DNA of 64,000 bases, taken from Camelus ferus (Eukaryota). The notes under the pieces are model-generated. The model searched no databases, was not told the DNA's origin, and was given only the letters and a program-made list of their open reading frames with translations. The position numbers and the translations under genes are program-made. This document shows, in pieces, positions 47,500-63,997 of this stretch (position 1 is the first letter of the stretch; the number at the start of each line of letters is the position of its first letter). The DNA lies in NCBI RefSeq assembly GCF_009834535.1, contig NC_045716.1, positions 21,018,001 to 21,082,000 on the forward strand, in the 5' to 3' direction.

Positions 47500-48400
47500 A
47501 CCCTAGAGCTCGGGAACTCGCTCATGTGGCTCTGGGCTGCCCAAGTCGTGTTCCTGGGATCCGGACCTGTCCCGATGACATTGGCGCCAGTCGTCGGGCG
47601 CCGCCTGGCGGTCACTTTTATATCGTCTGCCCTCCGGAGCGCTTTGCAAGGGAAGGGATTCGGTAGCGGTGTCCGAGGTAGAGTTCCGGGAGGCCGGCGG
47701 CGCAGGCGAGATCTTCCTGGTCTTGCGGGGCAGGCGCACATCGTGCTCTCAGTGGAGCTTCGACTCGCAGGAAAGCGGGGAAAGATGGACTTTGGACTCC
47801 GGGGCCCGGGTGAGGGCCCGCCAGGACGGGTCGAGCAGCCTCCAGGAGGAGACCGACCCAAGCCCCAGGCCCGGCCTCTGCATGGAGAGGAGAGAGTGCC
47901 TGCATCCAGCGGCCAGACGGTCGTCTGGAGGTGTGAACCGTCTTGGCTGGGCAGGGAGGCCCGACCCCTGAACCCCAACCCCAGGACACCACGCCACAAT
48001 CCCAGCGGAAGGTGGGGAGGGGGCTTTCTGAAGGTGGTTGGGCCATGCTCGCTGGGTGCCTCCGGGTAGGTGGGAACCTCTGGGCGGTGGTGGGATACTG
48101 GGCTCCCTCCTCAGAGGATAGTGGGCACCTTGGTTCTAACCCCCTAACTTCTAAACTTTGGTTTTCCTGTGTCTGTAGACCTGTGTTCTGAGGACGTGGT
48201 GGTGGCACTTCCCTGCCCATAACGTTTGTTCAACTCTCCGCTGTCCTTTGATGAACGGTGCTAGCAAAATTCTCATGAGTTGAGGGAGCTGGTGCGTTGT
48301 TATCCACACTTTGAACGCGCTTGTGGATCCGGGGTCCTCCAAGGGCGACTACCGTCTGAAGGCCCTGGGGTGCCCCTCCCCGTGTTCTCGGCTGGGGGCG
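47500..48400. promoter_or_regulatory. Orphan CpG island with promoter-like motifs
   Basis: Abrupt change from AT-rich L1 debris to CpG-dense DNA. TATAAAAG on minus (47622-47615), TTCCGG ETS core near 47674, AAAGATGG at 47781-47788 and a plus-strand donor CGG|GTGAGG after 47809. Confidence 0.6.
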
Positions 48401-50054
48401 CGGAGGTGTCTTTGAAGAGTTACAGTTCTCCATTTTTCTCCTATAAACGTCACCAATTAGATACCACCTGCAGTTTGTTTCCTTAAGATGAAACAAAAAA
48501 ATGGTATTTTGAAGCCATCTGAGTGCAAAATTCATCTAGATTTTTGATTTCCTACCAATTTGGTTTTTTTTTGTTGTTGCAGGCTTTTTTAAAACTTTTT
48601 TTTTTTTACTGAGTTAGTCATTTTACGATGTTGTGCCAATGATTTCCCACTAATTTGTAATAGGCTCCCTGTTCACATTTTCATCAGCAGTTTTTAAAGT
48701 GACTCACCTGAATCATGTCCTCCTTAAGGATTCAACTTAGTTTTCATAGAAACTGTTTTCACACTTCACTTTGTTTAAATTACAGATTACAGTAGCAAAT
48801 ACAACTGGGAATAATCACATTTGGTATCAAACACAACCAACTCTTGGTAAGCAGTGGCTTAACTGGGGGAGCAGAACTGCACAGCATGCTGGAAGGCACT
48901 TGCTCCCTATGTTTGAATCACAGCTTCACTTACTAGTTGTGTGACCTGGGAGGCAAACTGCTTAACCTTTCTACCTTCCCATCTGTACAGGGGGATTCAT
49001 CTGCTCTGAGGGTTAACGAAAGCACTCACGAGGCACTTAGAACAGTGACTGGTACGTACTAGGTGAAGCAGTGTTAACATCACATTGTTGTGGCAGCAAT
49101 TTTCCTACAGCTGAGAGGCCTGTGTCCAGCATCTCCGTGTTTCACGGGAGTAGAAGAGTGGGTCCGTCGGTCAGTGATGTGTCTTCTGTAACTTTATATC
49201 CCCATTTTCCATAGGGGAAAATGGAGTCAGTGACTCGGAAACCTCTTGACCCAAGACGTCATAGTTTTAAGAACTGGCGAGATTCTTTAGCAATCATGAG
49301 GTTGAATCCAGAAATGGTGGGAGATTCACCATCTGTTTTTTGTGTATTGAGTCAAAAAATCTCAATGAGTGCACAGGATGCCTCAGTGCTGAGTCTGTGA
49401 AGCCCTTGTCCAGCCTGTGTGGGTGCCCACTTGCTGATATGTTGTGTCCATACAGTTTTCCCCGCGGATAAGTGGGCAGGGCCCAGTCGCAGAAACCCCT
49501 GGAGTATGCATGTTGGGGAGGAACTGTAGAGGCCGTGCTGTGGTCAGTAGGTGAGGTCACATGATCATACAGAAGCCCGACTTGGTGTGTCTCCTCTGAT
49601 GGTTCCTGCTGGGGGTTTCCCCGGGCTGTTTGGGGGACCTGAAGGAGGCAGAGAGGGGCTTTCCCAGTGGGAGTGACTAGGGAGAGAACAGAAGGAAGCT
49701 TGCTCTAGTTCCAGCTCCTGTTACCCTCTCTGGCCCTTACCTCTGCTGGTGGGCTCCAAGGCAGGAGGGAGGAGGTTTAAGCCTCATGTTCCCCCATTTA
49801 GCAGGACTCCCCCTTTCTCTGAGGCTGACACTCAGGCTGTGCAGGAGGCAGGGGACACCACGGGCCTCCAGACCTGGGTGAGGGTTGTTTACACTGCTGA
49901 AGGGTGAAGACAGAGGCTCTCAAAGCAGTGTATCCCCAAGCTTCAGACCACGTATCCCACCAACTTTAACACTGATCATGGTACATTAAAATCATCCAAA
50001 GCCACATCTACTGTCATCCATTTTCTAGGCTTCCTCCCTTCCCCCAGAGACCTA

Positions 50055-53174
<3,120 letters not shown>

Positions 53175-55379
53175 CTGACAAGGGGAAGCAGAGGGGTCAG
53201 TATGTCACCCTTGTCTTTCTCCAAAGTGCTGTTCATCTAGGGCAGATCAGCTCTACCTCCACCTCTGACCCTTGGTGTTGCAAGGATTTCTCTCTGCCTT
53301 CACTTTGCTTCACTGATCACTCTGGACACCGTATCAACTCACACTCTAACGTCCCAATTAATTTTTAGTCCTCTAAGACTCAGTGCAAGTAACAGCTTAT
53401 ACTGAACCGACCTGAATTATATCTTGAAACGAGACAGCAGGAGAACCTAGATTATGAGTGGATGGGTGTACATGGAGGAGGCGACGGTGGAGGAGAGGCC
53501 CTGTATGTGCTCCGTTCATTCATCCTTTCATTTATTCATAGAGTTCAGCAGCATTAAGTATACACACATTGACAGACAAGAAAGTGAACAACTCTAACCT
53601 AGTGTGACAAATGTCATAAAAGACATAAAGTACTTTTAGAAGTAGGTAGAGGTGATACATTCTCTTTTTAAAGGAACCCCCCCCCCCCTGCTCTTTTAAG
53701 ACCCTTGTACCTGGGGCATTCCTGGCTACCCCCACCGGGTCTTGGTGCCTAGCTCAGAGCCCCTGGGGTTACCAGACAACCAGGTACTTCCCTCCACTCC
53801 TAGGGAATTCTTTTACTGACAGCTTAGCTGCCCTATCTTAGTGCTGAATTTGGCTGCTGCTTGGGCACAGATACCTGGATTCCATTGTCTTTCCTGCCCC
53901 ACCCCTCCCCACCCCTAAAGTCAGGCTCCATCAAGGGCTTGTTACTAGTTACAACTTCAAAGATCATCTATCCCATTCCCTAATTTCACAGAGGAAAGGG
54001 CCTCAGAACAGGTGTGACTTGCCTGAGGTCACAGAGCAGGCATGTAGCTGGGATTAGAGCTCAGGTTTTCTGACTCTGGTCCCTTCCACTAACTGTGATT
54101 GCAAGCTTTAACAAGGCTTGGGCTGTCCCAGAAGGTGAACCCTTTCACATATACCTATATGAACAGAGACACATTCTTACACACTATGCTTCTGTGTAGT
54201 AGTTTCATATTTGAGAACAGGGTGAAAGGGTGATGGGCAGGAAAGGCCTGGAGATCAGAAGAGCCTCTCTGCCCCCGGACTCCTTTTCCCAGCTCCACTG
54301 CAGCCTTCAAGATCTGCTTAATGAGAAGACAGCAGGCCCCAGGACAATGGGCCCTTACTGCCCTAACTCACCAAGGGTGGCCTGCATCAGAAAGCAAATG
54401 TCCTCATTTTCCCAGGTTATAAGGAAGTAGCTGGGCTCACCTGCATTTGCTGGGCAGCTTTTGCTGAATGCCTGCTGTGTTGAATGCATGGTGCTATGTG
54501 CCACAGATGGAGCCCATCTCTGAGGGGGGCTTTCCTAACTGCCTGAAGATGCTACCACAGCCAAATTTGCAGCTCAGTCTGTTGTTCACTCAGCAGCCCC
54601 TCTTAAGGGGACAGAATGACCTGGGGAGGGGTCAGGGACTGAAACTATAAGTGATATCATATAGTATTTGACTTTCTCATATAGTATTTGCCTTTCTCTG
54701 ACTTATTTCATTAAGCATAATCTCTAGGCCCATCCACATTGCTACAAATGGCAATATTTCTTTCCTTTCGTCTGTTGATGGGCACTTGGGTTACTTGCAT
54801 GTCTTGGCTATTGCAAATGTGCTGCTATAATAAACATTGGGGTGTTTGTATCTTTTCCAATTAGTGTTTTTGTTCACTCCTTTGGTTTTCAGTCTCATGG
54901 CTGGGGCCTTGGGGGTGGTATAGTATATAGTGGTTGAGAACTTAAGTTTGGGGTTGGACTGAGAATTTGAATTGTGGCTCAGTTTCAGCCTCAGTTTCCT
55001 CCTTAATCTTGCACATGCTGTTTCCACTGAGTAAAATCCCTCTCTCCTTCAGTCTGATACCAATTCTAGTTAACTTTTCAACCCTGACTGTGACCTCCAC
55101 GAGGTAGTCGTCCTATCTTTCACTGCTCTTAATTACAGCCATTATCTCCTCTGTCTGTGTATCACTAACCTCTAATTTATTTGGCCTATACGTTTATCAC
55201 TCATTCCAGAACAGCAAGATTCTTTAGGGCGCGAATTGTGCTTGTTCATCTCTGCATCCCCAGTTTAGTGCATAGCACCAAGTAGGACCTCAAATTAGCA
55301 GGACCAGATAATAATGTAGGAAGTGGAGCGGGGCTAATGGAAATACTAGGGGGGAATGTTAGAGGCAGGGGCAGGGACT

Positions 55380-55840
55380 GCTTGAAATAAGGCGGTTTGG
55401 CAGCGAAGGAGCTCTGGAGAAACAGAATCCCAGAGTACCGCAGGAAGGGGAGCGCCTCTCCCCGCCCAAGGCGGTACCCTTCTTCCCACCTGGAGGCGCA
55501 CCTCTGCAGCCTGGAACTACAAGTCCCAGAGGCCCCTGCGGCACAGACCGGAAGTGCCCTGTCGGCCTGTGGCGACGGTGAGGGGCGGTGGCGGGGCGGT
55601 GGCCGGGCGGCGGGAGATTCAAACCTGGGAGAAGGAGGAACATGGAGGGGAGAGGAGCGGCCCCGGGCCGAGCGGTCTGTGAGTGCCAGAAGGGGCCAAG
55701 GAGGGTCCGGCAGTGGTGCCGCTGTTCGGGGACTCTGTGGTCCTCGGAGAGCTTGGGGCGGGGGCTGGACGCGGGGCGCGCCAGGCAAGGGGCGGCCAGA
55801 CTGTACTCAGTCCGGACTCCTGGAGGCTGGAGTAAAGCTG
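55380..55840. promoter_or_regulatory. IQGAP3 CpG-island promoter with ZNF143/THAP11, ETS, GC-box and CDE/CHR motifs
   Basis: ACTACAAGTCCCAG 55516-55529, CCGGAAGT 55548-55555, GGGGCGG boxes at about 55582-55600, GGCGG-GAGA-TTCAAA 55609-55623, 18 nt before the ATG. Confidence 0.75.
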
Positions 55841-58800
55841 TGAGCAGAGAAATGCGTTGATTTCTGTGGCCGTCTTCAAAGCTTACAAAGAGTTTTCTCC
55901 CTTACTCCCAAATTCTAGGGCTCCGGGGCTGGGAGAATGTAGGTGGTCTGGACGGCCCCTTAAAATTCAGCAGTTACTGAAGGCTACCGTACTTGCCAAA
56001 CGCTATAAGGGGACCGGACGCCTAATAAGACCTGGGGAACTTCCTTGACTTTTTGATACCTCTTTGAAACAATGCCTCTCAAACTTTACGATGTCGGAAT
56101 TACCTGGGGAGCTACTTAAAATGCAGATTCCTGAATCCTATCCCAGAGCTTTAGCAACAGTAGGTCTGGATTGGGGTCCATAATCTGCCTTTATAACGAG
56201 CATTGCTGTGCTTCTTCCGTCACCCCCCAGATAATTGTAATGCAAGTAGTCCATGGACAACACTTTCAAAAACTCTTTAGAGAGACTGGCGCCAGGAAAA
56301 TGGGCCTGCAGAAAGGTTTCTATGTGACCTTCTGAGTGAAAAGCAAAATCTGCTCCTTCTTCTACCCTCTTCCCTGCCACTTCATTAGTATTCAAAAAGC
56401 AAAGTCCACGTCCACGGATCTGTTGAAGGAAAGCTAGTTGCAGACCTGAAAATGGCAGGAAGGCTGATTTTTTTTTTTTAAGACTGTGTGTCCGTACAAA
56501 GTCCCACCCATCTCTCAGTCTCCAATTCATAACTCTGAGGTGATGTCACTCACTTACTGGTTTATTTTCCATGCTTAGCAACCAGCACTTGTTCCTCATA
56601 CACCCCCTCAGAGGAACTGATGGATTTCCTGCGATTGGCCAGTGCTTCCAAATCTGAATGTGGAGGGGTGTGTGCATGTGTGTATGTTTTAACTTGTTTA
56701 ACTGCCAGTTCAAATAAGACCTGCCTCTCCCCCAAATCATATTGCAGGATATGCAATATAAGGAAAAGAGATAAAAAGCAGGGCGACATTAAGTGCTGAG
56801 TCAGACAGATTTACTAAGTTCTGCATCTTTTCAAGGTCTCTGACTTTATTTTCTTGGTGTATATGTGTAGCTTTCTCTCATTTTTGTCTGATTTTTGTAT
56901 TGTCTTCCTTAAGGAGACTAGAGAGATGAGGGAGAAGAGGGGGTAAAAGGATAAAAAAGGAGGCCGTGGCTAAGGCAGAATATGAATGCTGTCTCGTTTA
57001 AGAGATTTCCTTTTCTTGAGTTTGGGAGTCAGAATATTGTCTGCATTTTATTTAGCTTGGAGATTATTTTCCTCCTCGGGTGACCTATACTAGAAGGGAG
57101 AGGAAATATATCTTTGTGATCTTTTAAAATTCTCTGTCCTTCCACTTAATTCCAAGTGAGTGGCCTTTTCACATGATTTTCTGTATGTTGAACTGCCTTT
57201 TCTCCCTTTCCTCCTGTTCATTCTTTAAGATTCTACTCGTAGGTAGAATCCTTTGCTTCCTCTGCTGCTTCCGTAGACTATTTATGAGCTATAATTACAT
57301 ATATCACATTAGGTTGAAGTTTTTTACTTACATGTTTTTCTCTTCTAATAGTAATCTTTGTACTTCTTGAGAGTATGGGTCCACTAGCCCAGTGCCTGAC
57401 ATCCAGGAGGTACTGAATGAATGAGTGGCTGTTGAATGATGAGTCCTAGTTGGTTCTGTTAACCTAGCCTCGGGGAGAGTACCTGAGGAGGATGACACAA
57501 GTCCAATTCTTGGAGAACTCAGAGTCTAATTAGGGATGAAATGAGGAGCTCAGTTTCCAACCAAGGAGGGATCTGGACATCCCTGCTGGGAGGTCCTAAG
57601 GGAAGGACTGTGAAATAGATTTGGGAAGGAAGAGGCCAGGAAGATGGCTGGAGAAGAAAGGGGAGAAACACCCCCAGTATAGGAAGAATCCCCTGTTAAA
57701 GGGTGGAGAGTCTACCCTTTACAGGGTGCTGACTATGATAGCTTTACTGGCCAGGAGCAGAAGATTGGAGCCAGAGTGTCCAGGGAATAGGGGGGCAGAC
57801 ATATGGGAGATGCTTTGGGTCTCTGAGCAGGGTTGCCTAAGAAAGTCTGTTAAGAAGAAGCTTTAATGCTATGGCCCTCTATCTTATGCTCCCTTTATTG
57901 ACTCTTCAGATGAACGTCTCACAGCTGAGGAAATGGATGAGCAGAGGCGGCAGAACGTTGCCTATCAGTACCTGTGCCGGCTGGAGGAAGCCAAACGGTG
58001 AGCAGAGGGATTGCCTCTTTCTGGTCTCCCTTTCCCAACCTGCCCACCCCAGGCACCTGCCGCCAAAGCAAATGCAAAAAGTCAAGAGTCCATTCTATGG
58101 GAAAGGGAGAGTTGGAATAGCATCTTTTTTTTTTTTTCTCTGACTTTTTTTTTTTTCCTTCAGAGTAGTTTTAGGTCCACAGAAAAATTGAGAAAGATAC
58201 AGAGATTTCCCATATACCTCCTACCCCCAAACAGGCATGGCCTCACCCATTATGAAAATCCCCACAAGAGTGGTGCATTTGCTACAGTTGAGGAATCTAC
58301 TTTTACACATAATCATCCAAAGTCCGTAGTTTGCTTTAGAGTTCACTCTTCATGTTGTATGTTCTATGGATTTGAACAAATGTATTATGACATATATCCA
58401 TCCATCATTATAGTATCATAGAGTAGTTTCACTGCCCTAAAAAGTCTCTGTGCTTCAACTGTTCATCCTCTCTGCCCCTAACCCCCAACCCCAACTTCCG
58501 GCAACCACTCATCTTTTTACTGTCTCCATAGTTTTGCCTTTTCCAGAATGTCATATACATCAAANNNNNNNNNNNNNNNNNNNNNNNNNNNNNNNNNNNN
58601 NNNNNNNNNNNNNNNNNNNNNNNNNNNNNNNNNNNNNNNNNNNNNNNNNNNNNNNNNNNNNNNNNNNNNNNNNNNNNNNNNNNNNNNNNNNNNNNNNNNN
58701 NNNNNNNNNNNNNNNNNNNNNNNNNNNNNNNNNNNNNNNNTGCTTCTAAGATTTGACAGTTATGAATAGAGCTGCCATAAACATCTGTGGGCAGGTTTTT

Positions 58801-61800
58801 ATGTGGATGTAAGTTTTCAGTTCCTTTGGAGTGCAAATTGCTGGACCATATGTTAAGAGTATGTTTAATTTTGTAAGAACCCACCAAACTGCTGTCCAAA
58901 GTGCNNNNNNNNNNNNNNNNNNNNNNNNNNNNNNNNNNNNNNNNNNNNNNNNNNNNNNNNNNNNNNNNNNNNNNNNNNNNNNNNNNNNNNNNNNNNNNNN
59001 NNNNNNNNNNNNNNNNNNNNNNNNNNNNNNNNNNNNNNNNNNNNNNNNNNNNNNNNNNNNNNNNNNNNNNNNNNNNTTTTCAGACGCTTATTTGCCATCT
59101 TTATATCTTTGGTGAGGTGTCTTTTGGATAACAATCCTTTATCAGATATATTTTTTGCAAATATTTTCTCCCAGTCTGTGGCGTGTCTCCTTATTTTCTT
59201 GACATTGCCTTTTGTAGAGCAGACGTTCTTAATTTCAGTGAAATCCAGCTTATCAATTATTTCGTTCCAGGACTGTGCCTTTGGTGTTGTATCTGAAGTC
59301 ACTGCCATACCCAAGCGCATCTAGTTTTCCTCCTATGTTGTCTTCTAGGAGTTTTACAGTTTTGCATTTTATCTTTAACTTGATGCTCCATTTCGAGTTG
59401 ATTTTTGTGAAAGGTGTAAGATCTATGTCGAGATTCATTTTTTTGCATGCGGATGTATAGTTATGCCAGCACCATTTGTTGAAGAGACTGTCTTTGCTCC
59501 ATTGGTTCCAATAGTCAGATGCATAACCAGACTGAGTGAGAGGTTATATTGTGTAACAGGTAAGAGCCTGTTTAAGCTTCACTGAAGATGGGCAGGTTCA
59601 GCATCTGCCAGGGAAGATGTTACTGGGGTGGATGGAGACTCAGGATTGGCCAATCCATGTGTTTGGGGCAGCTTGTGAGAAGGTGGGAACAGCCAGGGAA
59701 TGGGCAGAGAGGGGAGTTGGGAGTAGGGAAGAAGCAGGAGGCAGAGATGCTTAGAGGGAGAGAGGGAGGGAAGGTCCTGCAGTTAGAATGAACTGCTGTG
59801 GGCTGCCAGAGTGGGTGAGAAGCTACTCTCCTGCTTTCAGCTGGATGGAGGCCTGCTTGAAGGAGGAGCTTCCTTCTCCGGTGGAGCTGGAGGAGAGCCT
59901 CCGGAACGGAGTGCTGCTGGCCAAGCTGGGCCACTGTTTTGCACCCTCTGTGGTTCCCTTGAAGAAGATCTATGATGTGGAGCAGCTGCGGTACCAGGTG
60001 GGAAGCAGAGGTCTCATCTTTCTTCCTCTCAAACTACATCTTCTCCTCACAGCTGTGAGAGTAAGGTGACCATATAATTTGTTGTCCAAACCTGGGTACT
60101 TTTGAGGATGACAAGGGGTAATATTAATCACTGCACTGGAACAACAGTTATCAATTGGTATCTCCCAGCTGGGCAATGTGTACCATCCTTAGCAAGGGAC
60201 ATTGCTAGGAGGGCTTTGAGATGCCTCTGATGTGAGAACTTCCAGTCAGACTTTTCTACCCACAGTCTACACTCAGAGGCTTGTGGGCTTTGCTACCTTG
60301 AAGGTATTTCCAAGTTACTGCTCCTTCCCTGTGCCTTTCTTTTCCCTCCCAGCTCTGGACTCCCCTTTTCTAGGAAACCTTACTAGCTTGTTAATCCCAT
60401 CCCTGTGACATCCTTCCCAAATGTGATGATGGGTGATGGGAAGTCCATAGGGCAGAGTCCTCTGCCCCGACACCTTGAATCTTCAAGCTGTGGTCTGGGC
60501 TCTACCGGAGGGAACCCTGAGAACTATTGAAATAGATTATCTTCTCTTTCCTTCCCTTCCAGGCAACTGGCTTGCATTTCCGTCACACAGACAACATCAA
60601 CTTTTGGCTGTCTGCAATAGCCCACATCGGTCTGCCTTCGGTAACACAGGGCCTCAAGATTGGGGTTCATCTCTACTCTGCACGGGCACCTTCACCCCCA
60701 CCACACACATGCTTTATCTCTCTGAGACCCTTTAGCACTCTTCTCCATGTGTCTTCTAAACTAACTTAATCTAAGAGTTTAAGTTCCTTGGGGCTGTGTG
60801 TCTTTGAACCATGTTACTTGGCCTCTGCCTCCACTTCCCTGTAGGTAAGGGAAGCAAAGGGAGGTGAAAGTTCCCTGGTCCAAGATGCGTTGTTTCCACT
60901 AGTCAGCAAGTCTCCTGTATAACACAGGAGATGGGCCTCACATTGGCTGGCCACCTCGCCACCGAAATTTCATAGCGTGAGGCAAGGACGTACCACATCC
61001 CTAGGTGATGGACTTGGAAGCCTAGTCTGAGACCCCAGTTGGACGCATGCTGCTTGGCCTCTCACTCTTTGAGTCTCAGTTTGTTTCTCATCTGTAAAAT
61101 GGGGATAGTAATCCCTCCCCTTTCTACCTTATAAGGCTATCAGGAGGATCACATAATCTGTGTGAATTCCTTTGTGAATTGTAAAGAACTATACAAGTTA
61201 AGGCATAAGATTCTGCAGGGTTTTTCTTCATTGTAGAAGAGAACTGTGAGACCAGGGAACAGCAGTTAAGAAAGATGCTTTGGTGGGAGGCAAGAGCAGT
61301 AGAGGCCAGGTGTCCTCCGAGAAGCTAGAACACTTTTAAGTCTCTAGATTTGGTCCTTTCTTACGTATCTAAGGTAACCAAGAGCTATCGAGGTTAAACC
61401 TCATTACAGTCACCAGGTGGCATGGGAAGCCATGCCTGGGGTGACTCAGTTCTTAGAGGGGTCCCCACTGATCAGTAGCCTCTGGCTTGCAGACAGGGAT
61501 GGCATGCTCTGACTCTTTGTTGTCCTTGGCAATGTATGCCTCATTGGGCCCTCTGTGGGATCATGACCAGCTCTCAGCATGCCACCTTTCTGGTGAGAGG
61601 CCAAGGTGAGGGGTGCAAGCTGGCTGTGTCTATGCAATGAATAGGGAGCCTGTTTCTCCTGGAGCCTGTGGCCTGCATCCTATAGCCTTGATAGCCTTGT
61701 CTGGTGTTTGGTTAATCTAGGCTTTTGTGTCTGGTTGGGTCTTGGCTTAGTACCTGTCCCCAGTGCCTTTCCTTTGCACTGAATGTGCAGATGCAGTGCT

Positions 61801-63997
61801 GGCTGTGAAAAATTGGGGAGATTGAGCCAAGCCCCAGGCAAGAAAGGAGCACATACCCCAAGTGGGAGAGAAAGACCCCTTCCTCAGCCCATATCTGGTG
61901 CTGCTTAAAATTCTCCAATGGCAATACTGGCTGCTTTCCCCTCCAGACCTTCTTCCCAGAGACCACGGACATTTATGACAAGAAGAACATGCCTCGGGTG
62001 GTCTACTGCATCCATGCACTCAGGTGAGAGACCAAGACTTTTGTCATCCAGGTTTCTCTAGGTGGATGCAACCACCAATCAACAGCAAGAAACATTGCAG
62101 CAGGAAGGACAGAGGTTAGACCATAGCGAGCACTCCTCTGGAGAGTGAAATCGTCTCAGTAGAGAGTCTACATAGTTTTGTTTAGGTTTATGTGCATGCT
62201 TATGGGCACATTTATGTGTGACCTATGTGGGTAAAGGGAAAGGGCAGGCAGAGGAGAGTTCAGCTTGTAACTAGGGTGCCAAGGCATCAGAATAGGACGC
62301 ATCAGGAGTGTCACATGCAAGTCAGTGTGAATGGTGAAGGCTGTTTGGTCCTACTCACAACCAGCCATCAGCAGCCAGCTGGCTAAATCATGGAAAGTAA
62401 TTGACCAGTTCCTGTGTTCACCACATCATCCCTTCCTGACTTCATTTCCCATGTCCTTTCAAGTCTGTGTCTTAACTCAGCAGGTTTCTGCTTACTATGC
62501 CCTTTCCATCCTCCATATCCATCCAGTGACCTGCTACTGCAGTGTGTCCTTCTCTGTGACACCTTCCCAGTCTCCCCTGCAGTATCTTGTTTATGCTATA
62601 GCACTTGCCTTGGGCTGACTTACAATAACATCTCTCCTTGTGGCTGGGAGGTGACTTGAGGGCAGGTGTTGAGTGGTCTTCATCTCCAAGTCCCCATAGT
62701 ATCTCCTGCAAACCTATTATAGGCAGCATGTCAAAATGAATAGGCCCCAATGCCTTCCATTCTTTTGCAGTCTCTTCCTCTTCCGGCTGGGATTGGCCCC
62801 TCAGATACATGATCTATACGGGAAAGTGAAATTCACAGGTAAGCCCAGCTCTTCCCCAGCCACCACAGTCTGGGCAGGGTCTTGGGGGTTCCGGGCTTGA
62901 TGATGGGCACCTGTGCTATTATTGCAGCCGAGGAACTCAGCAACATGGCCTCCGAACTGGCCAAATATGGCCTCCAGCTGCCTGCCTTCAGCAAGATCGG
63001 GGGCATCCTGGCCAATGAACTCTCGGTGGATGAGGCTGCAGGTAGAGCCCAGGTTCCCCTGCTGGGGTAGCTCAGTGAGTATGGGAGGACCCTGAGCCTT
63101 ATAGTCCCTGTGTAAATTCTGGACCCTTCTCATGGGGGGCAGGGCCATCAGGCTACCTGCCTTGCCTGACCCCTCTGGATGGAAAAAGGGGATGATGTCA
63201 GAGTGGCCTACAGCTGGTTATGCTGTAACTGGACTGGGGTATGCTCTGGCCTTCTGACCTTGTTTCCACACCCCTCCTAGTCCATGCAGCTGTTCTTGCC
63301 ATCAATGAGGCAGTGGAGCGAGGGGTGGTCAAGGACACCCTGGCTGCCTTGCAGAATCCCAACGCTATGCTCGGGAATCTTCGAGAGCCTCTGGCAGCCA
63401 TCTACCAGGAGCTTCTGGCCCAGGCCAAGATGGAGAAGGCTGCCAATGCCAGGAACCACGTAAGGGACTTGGAGGGCAGGGGTCAAAAAACTGGGTGTCC
63501 TGGAAAATCTTAAGCGAAACCAGAACTCCTATTTGTCCTGTCTATGTGTTCCAGAGTTGCTTAGAGGAACTGTAGCTTGTCAGTTACTTTAGAGAAATAG
63601 GAGAGGATCTCAGGAGAATGGTGAGAATTCAGAAGAGAAGGGAAGGGAAGAGGTTTTGGGGGAGGGGGTTGAATTTTCAGGCAGGGCTGAGAGACTGGAA
63701 TGTAGGACTGGATGAGATTGGACTAGAGATTCCAAAGGTTAGTTCAACCTATGTCAGTGCCAGGGATTAGATCCCACGATTTCTTCAGATTCCTTCCAAC
63801 CAGACTGACCTTTGGCCTTGGGAAGGTCCCCAGAAGAAGAAATAGTTATAGACAGGGAGGGAGGAATAAGAGATCGAACTGGTCTTCCCAGGTTCCCTTC
63901 TCAATGTAGTTTTTGCAGAATGATGGAGAAAGCCAGGACATCTATGACTGCTACCTAACGCAGGCTGAAATCCAAGGCAACATCAACCACGTCAATG
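55642..63997 (+). CDS. IQGAP3: Ras GTPase-activating-like protein IQGAP3, 5' partial (calponin-homology domain and start of IQGAP repeats); continues beyond the right edge
   Basis: Exons 55642-55678 (37), 57910-57997 (88, [30 protein letters not shown]), 59841-59997 (157, [11 protein letters not shown]...[12 protein letters not shown]), 60563-60640 (78), 61947-62023 (77, [19 protein letters not shown]), 62771-62838 (68), 62928-63041 (114), 63281-63459 (179), 63919-63997 (79). 877 nt, frame continuous, canonical splice sites. Confidence 0.97.
56075..56240. mobile_element. MER5A-like hAT DNA transposon fragment
   Basis: CTCAAACTTT...ATTACCTGGGGAGCTACTTAAAATGCAGATTCCTG...GTAGGTCTGGATTGGGG resembles MER5. 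Confidence 0.55.
58140..59500 (-). mobile_element. Old L1 fragment in IQGAP3 intron 2, with two N runs
   Basis: L1 3' UTR pattern after poly-T. The minus ORFs 58865-59438 give degenerate ORF2-like peptides ([26 protein letters not shown]). Confidence 0.8.

Noticed and set aside
47570-47602. TGGCGCC / GGCGCCCGA on the minus strand, resembling a tRNA-Lys primer-binding site
   Set aside because: Only 7-9 of 18 nt match, and there is no adjacent LTR end (CA) or poly(A) signal.
47248-48069. 273-aa plus-strand ORF, with 195- and 200-aa minus ORFs, across the orphan island
   Set aside because: Starts in L1-derived AT-rich DNA, crosses a strong splice donor and has no recognisable domain. Length is explained by GC content.
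49340-49450. Possible last coding exon of TTC24
   Set aside because: Similarity to the recalled human C-terminus is too weak to assign by eye.
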